A stretch of DNA of 64,000 nt from the human T2T-CHM13v2.0 reference genome, Homo sapiens. Below, piece after piece: positions 53,056 to 64,000 of this stretch. The notes beneath the pieces are model-generated. The model made no database searches. It was given only the letters and a program-made list of their open reading frames with translations, and was not told the DNA's origin. The position numbers and the translations under genes are program-made. Position 1 is the first letter of the stretch. The number at the start of each line of letters is the position of its first letter. Where the stretch lies: the NCBI RefSeq assembly GCF_009914755.1, contig NC_060931.1; one strand, 5' to 3'.

Positions 53056-55404
53056 AGCCATAATCAGCTTCTTTTTTCATATGGGTTGGGAAAACCATTG
53101 TAGATGTTTCTTTTGCTATTCTCTCTTTTTATTTAAGCATTTTAATTTTTTCCTTCTAGTGGAAGGTATTGAACACTTATTATTCAATTATCTTTCATTC
53201 TACCCAGGACAGTCCTTTGCAAGCAATTAGTATGGACACTAAAGACCCAACCTAATCTTGTCACTTCCCTCTCATTATTTACCAGTATAACCCTGGACAC
53301 TTCAGTGTTCTAAATTTTGGTTGTGTTTAGTCCAGTATAGTTATTTTAACCGCTGTGATATGATTTTTTAAAAAGGATATTTGAAGAGAAAGGTAAGATA
53401 TTTGAAGAGAAAGATAGTTATTTGTGGAGAATAGAGAAATGCTTTTTGAAGAGAGCCAGTGCAAAGGCCTTATTTTATGTGCTAGTTAACCTACAAGAGC
53501 TTGGAAATTCTGAAACATGAGATGCGCACCATCAAATAGGGGATTTCTGAAATTATAGTTGTATGCTAATTACTCATTTTAGGCTGTGGTTTTTTTTAAG
53601 TAGTAAATGATCCTAAACCCTCTGTCTCAGTGAGGGGGAAAAAAGAAACTTCGAAGTTGGGGACTGTTAGTCACCAATATAGAAATTGCCACTTTTCTAA
53701 ACCTGAATAGAAATGAATTCAATAAAAAGAGACATAATGACGGATTTATAAAAGTAACGTTCCTTCATATAATGGGTTTCTTATTCTAATATTTCTTTAC
53801 TGTAATCCTTTAAAATTATGCAAAAAAATTTATTATTTAAGTGATAGTAAAGAATTCATTAAAAGATTAATAGTTCTGGTTTACCAATTCGCTTACTAGG
53901 TCACTTAATTATTTAGTTCATTAATTCTGTAAATGTCAGACTTACCATGAACTCTGGTGATTTGCATAAGTAAGGTTATAGTTCTACTGGTAATCACAGT
54001 CTAACAACTTCAAATAGGAATTTGGTATTATTTATACGTTTCAAATGAAATAGAGTATATTTTTTTCTTCCAAACCAACAAGGGAAATCCAAAAGCTGAG
54101 AAATCTTAACAATATAGTTTAGCCATTCACCCCCAACCTTGTCCATTAAAAGGACCATGGTGGGCAGCTGTAATGAAAAATCCTTCAAAGAACAGGACAG
54201 AAATAGCTTCCAGATTAAACAATGTGAAGGACTCTACTTTTGAGATATATGCTTTGCTTTTTAAAAATAGTCCTATCAATGAAAGAACTATGAAGTCTTC
54301 TAGGAAATCCATATTTTATTTTATTTATTAAAAATGGTTACTCACTGGGAAAGCTTCAAGAAAAGCAACATCTCATTACCATAAGGTCCTAGAGCAGAGC
54401 TGGCAATTCATATATAATGAATATCACTTACATCATGCTAATGCATTCACATCACTCACAGACACTGTTTACATTTAATACAAGTGAATCTATACAATAT
54501 AAAATTGGCACATTATTAGAATTGACAATGGAATTAGTATAAATAGCCATCGGCTGTTATTTAAGCGTCACCAAAAGTCATTTGGACGGTGCAGGGAATA
54601 CGTTTTCTTTCTATTTTTTTCCCTTTATGCATGTTAACATCTTAGCAAGTCTGAATAGAGACAATCTGCTGTTTATTGAATAGAACGAAGTGTATGGAAC
54701 CTCTGTGCTCTGTAAGGGCACTTACAACGGGCAGGCACTTTCCTGGGGTGACATTCTTTTCCTAAGTCCCCTGAGAGAGGTGCAACTATTCATCTTAGGC
54801 ATACTTCTCAGCAATCCATAGTCCATTGGTTCCCTCTTGACAGCATGTATCTGTGCTCACAGTTCTAGATTCACTCATGTTTGTGAAGAAGGTATTGATA
54901 AAACAGAGAAAGAGGCAGTGTAAGGAATAAAGAAAGAAAAGAGAAAAATCAGGTTCTCTTGGGACATTATTTTAAATTATAGGCTGAGAACAAAAAGAGT
55001 TCTGGCACATTCACAAAGATGGTTATAAAATTACGCTGAGTTCCTACAGATCCATGAGAAAGGATCAGAGACTAGGAGTCTCTATATCTATCTTGCTATC
55101 TATCTAGATGGATATCACATATCTATCATGATCTTGGTATGTATGTTTATGGAGGTAATAAAATCATGCAAAATTACACGAAATGGAAACCTGCCTTCAG
55201 AACTGTACTTTGTTTAATACAATAACCTAGTTACATCCACATTTGTGTGGTCATTTCTTGACAAAAATATCTATATTTGATTGTATTGGAGGAGCAATTA
55301 AAAATTTGTCTCCTAGTAAAAATTTCTGGGAAATACTTCATATTTACGTCATTTAATCTGTCAAAAGTCTGGGAATTAATTTGCAAAAGAAAAAACTCAA
55401 GCTG

Positions 55405-55855
55405 ATGGTATCTTTTAGGAAGCTATCTTCTACAAGATAAAATTATCTCAAATTATCTTACACAATAAGGAAATGCATTATTTCATCTAATGGTAAGTCA
55501 AGAGGTAGAAAAGGTTTCAAGATTTATCAAGGCATAAGTTTCAATATGTCATGAAGTCTTCAAGTTTTTTCCCATTTATCCTTGGTTCTGGCATCTTTAT
55601 TGCAATGGGTTTCCCCTTATGAATATTTAATAACAGATACAGTTCTGGTGACACATTCAGACATGGTACTTCCTACAGGAAGAAAAGAGACACCTCTTCC
55701 TGATCACCTTTTTGGAAACAAGAAACTCCTTTCTGCAGACTTCACCTGTGCCTCCTAGGTGGCCACACCCCTTACCCGCACCTCCACCCCAATCCAATCA
55801 TCACAAGCAAAGGGAGTGGGACCCTCTGAATTGGTTTAGAACTGTCAGAATTTAA
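55405..55855 (-). mobile_element. MLT1 (K/L-like) LTR
   Basis: cttacacaataaggaaatgcattatt...aagtcaagaggtag...ccaatcatcacaagcaaagggagtggg...attggtttaga. Confidence 0.55.
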
Positions 55856-56224
55856 TTAGGGTCACCTGGTTAAGTCTGGTTTCTTGTGTCAAGCTTGGTT
55901 TTGCTGGCAAAAAGAAGAAGGGAGTAGATTTTCCTTCTACGCCCAGTATGCTAGAAGCTGTTGGGTGGGGAAATTCTGTAAGTGCAAGCCAAGGCTCTTG
56001 GTCACTTGCCACATGACCTTCATCTAGGAAAAAGTTATACTTGATAAACTGTTTTTGAGGGAACATCGTTCCACAAAGCTTGGGCCATTCCACCTCCAAA
56101 GGGAAAAAAGCAAGGGAATTTTCGTAACTGGGCCAGCTTGGGATTATGGAAGCCACGTTGAGCTTGGCAAAAAGGGCACCTAAGCTCCTACCATAATTTC
56201 AGCACTTACCAATGGGTTTATTGA

Positions 56225-56382
56225 CCAAAGCAAATGTCTCTCAGAATGTCAGTCCTCCTTATCTGTAAAAAGTGAATAATAATACCTGCTTTGCAGAATT
56301 GTTGTGAGGATTCAGGTAAAGTATATGAAAATATTTGGTAAACTGTAAAGCTTAATACTCTGTAATTGAAAGGTATGATTAT
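56225..56382 (+). mobile_element. MIR
   Basis: tcagtcctccttatctgtaaaaagtgaataataatacctgctttgcagaattgttgtgaggatt. Confidence 0.8.
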
Positions 56383-57529
56383 CTGATGAACCAGTCAATT
56401 TTACCACTGCATGTCCCACTTCTCCAGCCACTTAAGTCTCATTTTCCTGCTGGTTCACCAAAGTAGCTTCCTGCTGTCTCATTACCACCCCGTGTTTAAC
56501 ATGGCAAAGATCAAGGTTTTAATTTTTTACTAGAACACACTTTCTCTTCTCAACTCTGTAGTCCCTGTGGGGAATATTACTCCAGTGCCAATCACACAGG
56601 CCCAAGTCTGAGCCCATTTTAGAACCTGCTCTTTCAATCTGTCCCTTCACAATCATGAGTTCATTAAGTCTCCCCGCTTCCTACATAGCATCTCTAATTT
56701 CCAGGCTTTTTTCCCCTAAAAAAACCACAAGGGTCTAATTCAGACTGCTGTCATTTAACACATAAGCCTTCTACAACCTTTCATCAGCTTTGCTTCTTTT
56801 ACTTTATGCAAAATTTCTCCCAACAAGATTGAAAAACAGAATTCCTGCAGCATGATGTTTCTCTCTGCATGCTCTACAAACTTAACCTGGCTGTTTTGCA
56901 GCATTATAGAATGCTATTAAATGTAGACACCTGATGTCCTCATCAGACACTTGAGAAGCAGAGTCACCCTGCAAATCTGAGCCAGTGAGACAGGGACAGG
57001 GTGTGTGGGAGAAGATCTATACATCTTTGGAGAAGCATAGGACTTCCAGAGAAAATCAGAACATTTCTTTTGTTCTTCTTGTTCCAAGCCTCCCAATAAT
57101 TGGTATACGAACTCTAGGAAGGGTTGGGGTACATCCTAGACCCAGAGGCAAATTAAAAAAGAAAACAGAGAGTGGGATAATGCTTGCTTTGAGAAAATGG
57201 CAGACATACATTAAGATGGTAGAGACATATTCGACATTCAGGATGAGGTGGAGAGCTTTGGAGATGGTAAAGAGTTGGTCTAAATTCATAATGGAATGCC
57301 TTTGGTGAACATCATAGCACTGAGGTGTGATGTAGAGGCAGGGCAGCTGGAAAGTAGTAAGACATATTAGTCAAATTATGAGTTATTAGGATATGGGCAA
57401 ATGTAAGTTATGGAATGGACCATGGAGACATGATTATGGTTCAGGGAGTTACATACAAAGGGAAGGACAGTGACGACAGAAGACTCAGATTTCAGGAGTT
57501 GAGGGGAAGGGATGGGAAAAGGAGTGGAC

Positions 57530-57900
57530 AAGCATGTGTTGAGCACATAGTAAACATTAGGCACTCTACTATGCTTTTAAAATACATCATGTAGTTAAAT
57601 CATAGTAATTCTATCAGCCAGATAACATTATTCCAGTTGTTACAGATAAGAAAAGTAAAGAGGCTTGCTCAAAGTCACAGAGCTGGCAATTCGCCTGGTT
57701 CTAAACACTTGCAAACTGCTGCTAAGTCTCTCAGTTATATCATGTGATCACCTCCATAACAACCCTGTGGGGCAAGCAACATCAGCTAAAGGGATTGTAG
57801 CTCAGAGAGGCTAAGTGCTGTGCCCAAGGCCACACAACTTGTTTTCTGTGAAGCAGGAGTCTAAATCCAGATTAGTTGGCTTCCAAGCTCATTACATTAT
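57530..57900 (-). mobile_element. Two MIR fragments
   Basis: tacagataagaaaagt...ttgctcaaagtcacagagct; gctcagagaggctaagtg...gcccaaggccacaca. Confidence 0.7.
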
Positions 57901-58369
57901 ACCAATGAAAATTAAAAAAAAAAACAGTTTAAACTTAGTTCTTATGCAGGGTTTCACAGTCATAACAATAATTTTAAAGATGTTAATAAAATGTTTCTAA
58001 AAGGGTAGAAACAAATCAAGGGTGTGTTTTTGTTGTTGTTGTTTCAGGTAGGAAAATGGGATGTTGTGGGACTTTGATATTAATCTTCTTGGCCTGCATT
58101 TACTCAGTGATGCTCCCAGCAGCTGGAAGACCCTCCCAGTGAGAAGCCCAGAAGATGTAGTGCCTTCAAGTCTTCAAAGCAGTTAGGAGGGAAAACTTGT
58201 TCCTTTTTAGGTGGTTTCTTTCCTTCAAGCGGCCTTATAATTTGCCACTCTCCTCTCCCTACACTCTTTACCTGCTGCTTTCAGTCAGTGAAGAACAGTT
58301 CAGCCTTGGAATTGCCCAGGATTTCGGAACTCCCTAGGGGGACAGGACAGAAGACTGTGCGACTGTGAC

Positions 58370-58620
58370 GTATACATTCATCCAACAAATATTTGTTGAG
58401 CCCCTACTATGTGATAGGGATGGGATGGTGAAAAAATATAGACATGGTCCTTGTTTTACTTTGAATCTGGGGTCAGATCTCCACCTCACCAATTGTCTGT
58501 GTGAGCTTGGTAAGATACTTCATTTCTAGGGTTTCCCTTTCATCCTCTGTATAAGGTTGTTGAGGAAATTAAATAAGATAATCTACTTGAATGGCTTTTT
58601 GCATACTAAATGCTTAATCA
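58370..58620. mobile_element. Short L2 3' end (-) followed by MIR (+)
   Basis: cattcatccaacaaatatttgttgagcccctactatgtg; gtgtgagcttggtaagatactt...gttgttgaggaaattaaataaga. Confidence 0.6.
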
Positions 58621-58624
58621 GCCC

Positions 58625-58626
<2 letters not shown>

Positions 58627-58676
<50 letters not shown>
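58627..58676. repeat. Perfect (CA)25 microsatellite
   Basis: Directly seen. Confidence 0.98.
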
Positions 58677-58679
<3 letters not shown>

Positions 58680-59664
58680 TCAGCAGCCAGAACCATGGGT
58701 GCATAAACAATACATGGTGTAGCATGCTGAAAGGAGGGAGAGGAACTCAGAGAGAACATGTAAATGCAAATGTGTTTCTAAGTGGTCAAATAGACTTGTT
58801 ATGTTGAATATGGACTTCTACAAAGGTATGCCTGGTTAACACAGAGGCATGCATCATATTAAACAGGTTCATCAAACTAGTGATTAGTGAAGTTTGAAAA
58901 CATGAAGTTGCTGAGGCTCCCTTCAAGAATACTCCTCTTGCATTTGACATTTCCACCTCCTATTTATCATCATTATGCAAAGCTGCTAGTGGTTGACCAC
59001 CTATTTAGCCGCAAGGCTTGTCATCTCTACTTACATTGAATTCAGCTAAATAAAATATATCTAAGAAGACTGTGCCCCCCTCAGGGATGAAAGGATATTA
59101 TTAATGCTACCAGGCAAGAACTCCTCAGTGTTTATTGATCCATAAATTGGATTATTAACATGATACTTGCTTATTAAAGATGGCTCTTGGAGCTATTCTT
59201 TTTTTTTTTGCTCTCCAGACCAAAAATGAAGTGGAAGGCTTACAGCATAAATCTCTTTATGTTATTTTTTCTCTCCTTTTCTAAACTTCTTGCATCCTGC
59301 AGCATCTCCCCAGTGCGTGCTGAATCTTTTATGTTCCAGTATAGCATTAACAAAAGAAGTTCACAAGGATTTTATAGAGAAGTTTCTCTTCTATAAAAAG
59401 AGTATTTCTTAGATATTTATTCTCACTCTTCACTTACCAGAGGCAACCACACTGCAAGAAATTATGATTTAAATTTTTATATATTTTTTCTTACTTAATA
59501 GCTGGCTACCTAGGGCAAGTTCTTTGACTTTTCCTAGACCTCACTTGTTAGGATCTTCGGACTTTGAAACCAGCCAAATCAAAGACTGGTAAAGATGCTG
59601 AATATACAGCCCCTGTGGGTAGGCTTAATTTATTTAACAATACAGTACTGCAAAGATAGTATTT

Positions 59665-60610
59665 TCTAATTCATTCACTTACTCATTAGTTTATTCATTT
59701 AACAAACAGGCAATCAGCTTGAACTCTGTACCTGACCACTGGTTTGTTTCTAAGTTTATATAGATGCATAATTCACTTTAAATCTTGACATCAAGAAGAA
59801 TGACTCTGGGAAGTTGGAAGGAGCCAGACTGGTTAAAAAAAAAAAAAGGGGAACCATAATACAATGTGATAGATGTCAAAACATAAATATATATAAACCA
59901 TCGTGTGGGCATGAGGGATGGAATGTTAACTCTGTCCAAGGGAAGGCTTCAATTCATGAGAAAAAGAATACAGGAACAGAGAGAAAGAACAGCACAGTCA
60001 AGGCCACTGAGAAGAAAAAGTATGGGAATATCCAGGGGATGTTTTGTAGTAGGTTTGCAACAAGAGAGGAGATTGGACATGGAGCTTGGGACCAAATTGT
60101 GTCATTTAAGGTTTTTAAGAAGTGGAGTGGAATAATTAGATCTTTGCTCTAGGAGAGTAACTCTGGAGGTTGTGTGATGAGGGAAGAGAAAGGGGTTGGA
60201 GGGAATAAGATTAATTTAAAGACACTAATGAATGATTTCAATAAATCAGGAGAAAGACTATGAAGACAGAATTAAAGCAGGAGCAATGGAAATGGAAAAG
60301 TAGAGACCTATAGACAGAAATTTTTAAGGAATAAGAGACAAAATTTGTTTCTTGGGTGTGAAGGTTAAGGGCATGGGGAGTGGAAGATGACTCTCAAACT
60401 GTATTTCTAGCCCAGAATCCCAGCCTGAACACCCTGAGTTGCTGTTTTTGGAACCTATGGGGCTTGTGGAGTGAATGCACAGAGTGTGTTGATTAATGAA
60501 GAGTTAGAAGGATACTTGAAGAACATCGAAAACTTAATAGACAAAAGAGTAGAGTCAGTTACAGAGGCTGAAAAGGCATTATCAGACAAGACAGAAAATG
60601 AAGTATGTGA
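59665..60610 (-). mobile_element. L2 (antisense) fragments
   Basis: ttcattcacttactcattagtttattcatttaacaaa...; ggagagtaactctggagg; aaagcaggagcaatggaaatgg. Confidence 0.65.
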
Positions 60611-61034
60611 GCATTCATGGCTGTGTATGTGTGAGTACGAGAAAGGGAGAGAAAGAGAGAGAGGGAGGAAAAGGAGGGAGGGAGGGCAAGTATCCTAAGG
60701 CTGCCTTCCCATTTAGAGAAAGGAAATTAAGGGTCATAGAGATGAGTATTGCTCTAACACTAAAAATGGGAGAGAACAGTCCTAGAAGCCTCTTCCTACC
60801 ATGCTTATTGGCGCCTCTTAAGTCCCATCATTTTATTTTCATTTGTTTGTTTTGCTTTGTTTTTGACAAGTAAGGATCCTTTTTATTTTGAAAAAAAAGT
60901 ACATTAATTCAGATTCAGAACTAACATTCCATCTTTCTGGGGTTGAAAGAGTGGAGCAGCAATGGGAGAGCTGCAGACATTGCTACATGAGCAAAGCATT
61001 TGGAAAGGGGTCTTTATTCATGGCAATGGGATGC

Positions 61035-61453
61035 TGTGATGGTCAGTTTCCCGGGTCAATTTGGCTTGGCTACCTTCCTCAGTCTTTCAATTAAACACTA
61101 ATATAGGCATTGTTGTGAAGGTATTTTGTAGATGTGATTGAAGTATAATCAATTGATTTTAAGTAAGGGAGATTATCCTTGATAATCCTGGTGGCCCTGA
61201 TTCCATCAGCTGAAAGGCTTTAAGAACATTGCTGAGGCTTCCCTGAAGAAGAAATGCTACCTGGGATTGTGGCATCAACTTTTGCCCAAGAGTTTCAGCC
61301 TGCCCTTCCCAATAGCTCGTCCCACAGATTTCATACTTGCCCTGAATCAATTTACCATTTAATTACAATCTCATAAGCGAGTTCCTTGCAGTAAATCCTA
61401 TAATATTTACCTCTTACCAGCTCTGTTTCTCTGGTTAGACCTTGATTGATGCA
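61035..61453 (+). mobile_element. MLT2 (D-like) ERVL solo LTR
   Basis: tgtgatggtcagttt...tgtgaaggtattttgtagatgtgatt...tctgtttctctgg...gatgca. TSD gatgc / gttgc. Confidence 0.85.
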
Positions 61454-61874
61454 GTTGCCATTGCTGACCTTATTCAGGAGAGTTTCAATGGAGTTATAGG
61501 GCAAGTCTGAATTACAGGAGGCATGGGCCTCTCTACTTCACTTTCTTCCAAGTTCTTCTTGCATGAGGATAAGGCACAGGGAGTGGTTTCTTGAGCTGTT
61601 ATTAGTTTGGGTCCCGGCAGCATCCCTAGTCAACAGGTAAAATTGAGCAAGGCCTACTAGCTAGAGTCTGGAGACAGAAGCCACCTAAATCAGTTTAGGA
61701 GGTTTTCTAAAAGTAAAATACATTTAGAAATCGTCTTTGAAAAGAAAAAGTATGTGTTGAGGAATGGGTGTGCTGCATACAAAAACAAGGCAGTGTCATC
61801 AACTTAGTCCTCTTAAAGGAAGAGGGAGGAGTAAATTACTGGCTAATGGTTCTGTAAGAAGCCACAGTGATTTC

Positions 61875-62050
61875 TGTCATTCAGTCAATTAAGTTATATT
61901 GAGCTACTATCATATGCTAGGCACACAGCCATGCCAGGTGTGGAGCCAAGGCCTGGGGACAGAAAGATGAATGAAATACTTTACAGTCTCAGAGGAGTGC
62001 TTGGCCTAATGTGAGAAAGTACACAATTAAAAGCAAAAGTGAATACCAAT
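61875..62050 (-). mobile_element. L2 3' end (antisense)
   Basis: tcattcagtcaatt...attgagctactatcatatgctaggcac. Confidence 0.55.
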
Positions 62051-62121
62051 GCTAGATTTGAAGTACTCTAAGGCCTTTGCTACTCAGAGTGTGGTCTGGG
62101 GAACAGCAGCATTGGCATCCC

Positions 62122-62886
62122 TGGAAGGATATTATGCTAAGAGAAATAAGCCAGGCATAGAAAGATAAATACTGCATGATCTTACATATATGTAAAATCT
62201 AAAAAAAAAAAACATTGAATTCATAGAAGCAGAGAGTAGAATGGTGATTAACAGGGTTAGGGGAGAGCAGAGAAAAAAGGGAGTTGGATATTAAGGAGAT
62301 GTTGGTCAAAGGATACAAAATTTCAGTTAGGAGATCTATTGTACAACCTAGTAACTATAGTTAATAACAATATATCATATGTAGCCTGCCCTCTGTATCC
62401 ATGGGTTCAACCGATCATAGATTGAAAATATTCAGAAAAAAATTGCATTTGTACTGAGCATGTACGGACTTTTTCCTTGTCACTATTCCTTAAACAATAC
62501 AGTAGAACAACTATTTACATAGCATTGATATTTTATTAGTAATTAAATATTATAAGCAATCTAGAGGTGTTTTAAAGTATACTGGAGAATGCACATAGGC
62601 TACATGCAAACACTACACCATTTTATATCAAAGACTTGAACATCCATGGATTTTGGCATCTAAGAGAGGTCCTGTAACCAATAACCCATGGGTACCGGAG
62701 GACAACTGTACCTGAAAATTGTGAAAATAGTAGATTTTCAATGTTCTCACAACAAAAAAAGTGATAAGTATGTGAGGTAATAGATATGCTAATTTGCCTG
62801 ATTTAGCCATTCCATAATGCATACAGATATTAGAACATCATGTCCTATACCATGAATATATACAAATTTTGTCAATTAAAAAAAAC
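62122..62886 (+). mobile_element. L1MA (MA8/9-like) 3' end containing MER2
   Basis: attatgctaagagaaataagccaggcatagaaagataaatactgcatg...gttggtcaaaggatacaaaatttcagttag...tgtcaattaaaaaaaa. Confidence 0.85.
62380..62710. mobile_element. MER2 (Tigger2-derived)
   Basis: gccctctgtatccatgggttc...aactatttacatagcatt...cccatgggtaccggaggacaactgta. Confidence 0.9.
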
Positions 62887-62950
62887 ACAACATCAATAAC
62901 AAACTCCACAGTACATAAGGCTGCACTCAGATATACAAACCAGAACCTGC

Positions 62951-63542
62951 TTTTATTTATTTATTTATCTGCTTAAATGCACTTTATTTTTTAGAACATT
63001 TCACAGTAAGATTGAGCAGAATGTGCAGATTTCCCATCTACTCCCATCCCTACACAGGCACAACCTCTTACATTATCAACCTTACCACCAGATTGGTCCG
63101 TTTGTTGCAATCTATGAACCTAAGCAGACACATCATAACCACCCGAAGTCCATAGATTACATTAGGGTGAGTGTTGTACCTTCTATGGGTTTGGACAAAT
63201 GTATAAGGACATGTTTCTAAAATTATTGTATCACACAGCATGGTTTTACTGCCCTAAAAATCTTCTATTTTCCACCTGTTTATTCCTCCCTTCCCCCAAC
63301 TCCTGGCAGCCACTTATTTTACTGTTTCTAGAGCTCTGCCTTTTCCAGAATGTCATTTACTGTAGCTGGAATCATACTGTATGCAGCCTTTTCAGATTGG
63401 CTTATTTTACTTAATAATGTGCTTTTAAGTTTCCTCACATATCCTTTTATGGCTTAAGAGCTCATTTCTCTTAGTACTGAATATTCCATTGTCCACATGT
63501 GCCATAATGTATTTATCCATTCACCTACTGAAGAACATCTTG
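62951..63542 (-). mobile_element. L1MC-like 3' end
   Basis: tcacagtaagattgagcagaa...catcataaccacccgaagtccatag...atccattcacctactgaagaacatcttgg. Confidence 0.85.
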
Positions 63543-64000
63543 GAAGATGCATTTTAATACGATTTCCAGATTATTCATGTGCATATTGAGTTTGAGAAGT
63601 GTTAGCCAGCTTTGGGCTGGGTTGTAAGAAAAGGCCTAGGCTAATCCTTGTATGTTTATTTTTTTAACAGCCTCTGCTTTTTGTAAAAGTACCTTTGGTA
63701 TTTCCTACATGACTACCTATGTGACTTTATTAAATGTTGTCTTCTACTGCAGGAGGCAGTGACCACTTATTAGCAATGTAAGGTTTTCTGATCACTGAGT
63801 GATGACTTTGATATGAAGTGGGTTGTTTAACCACAAGCTGATCTCAAACCCTGAGGTTTGAGCCCTGTTTTCCAAATGTGAACTGAACACTTGGCCAGAT
63901 GCTGGAGAGGCAAAAATATGATGGCCCCTGTTCTCAAAAGGTAGTTCCCTCACAAGGATTTGTGTTTAGTCACCCTTTGGTATAAGCAAGAACGTCTGGT

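Larger units (their letters stand above)
62072..63605. mobile_element. MER5A split into three pieces by nested insertions
   Basis: gctactcagagtgtggtc...cagcagcattggcatc (62078-62122); cactcagat...cagaacctgc (~62920-62950); tgcattttaa...gtttgagaag (63548-63600). Confidence 0.65.

Noticed and set aside
42450-59456. Minus-strand consensus donors (ACTTAC at ~42450, 46801, 53940, 56204, 59432)
   Set aside because: Lack well-placed strong acceptors. They also show that perfect donors arise by chance, which limits confidence in the plus-strand exons.
60471-60698. Coiled-coil-looking ORF (EELEGYLKNIENLIDKRVES...)
   Set aside because: Purine-rich antisense L2 plus GA-rich low-complexity DNA; GTG start; no recognisable homology.

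Overview
Primate (very likely human) AT-rich, repeat-dense non-coding DNA. I found no protein-coding gene, CpG island, RNA gene or CRISPR array. The ORF track consists of Alu/L1/L2/LTR read-throughs or chance ORFs; the only protein homology I recognise is dead L1 ORF2 and L2 RT. Repeats: 14 Alu copies or fragments (all left of ~43.8 kb), a 5'-inverted (twin-primed) L1PA8-like element, several older L1s, many L2/MIR relics, nine MaLR solo LTRs (all minus strand), one MLT2 LTR, and DNA transposons (Charlie1, MER94, MER33, MER20, MER102, MER5A, MER2). The most interesting leads are: (1) a possible plus-strand host or lncRNA transcription unit, suggested by the LTR strand bias and strong plus-strand splice-site pairs; (2) a CpG-retaining MYB/NF-Y/ETS/RFX/STAT motif cluster at 48.2-48.5 kb that resembles a germ-line promoter, followed by a chain of candidate exons; (3) a perfect 17-bp palindrome inside a THE1 LTR that departs from the consensus; (4) a headless, tailless AluY fragment bridging two broken repeats; (5) an orphan 10-nt + A27 micro-insertion. 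Subfamily calls come from recalled consensus sequences, and boundaries of old repeats are approximate. I could not identify the locus.
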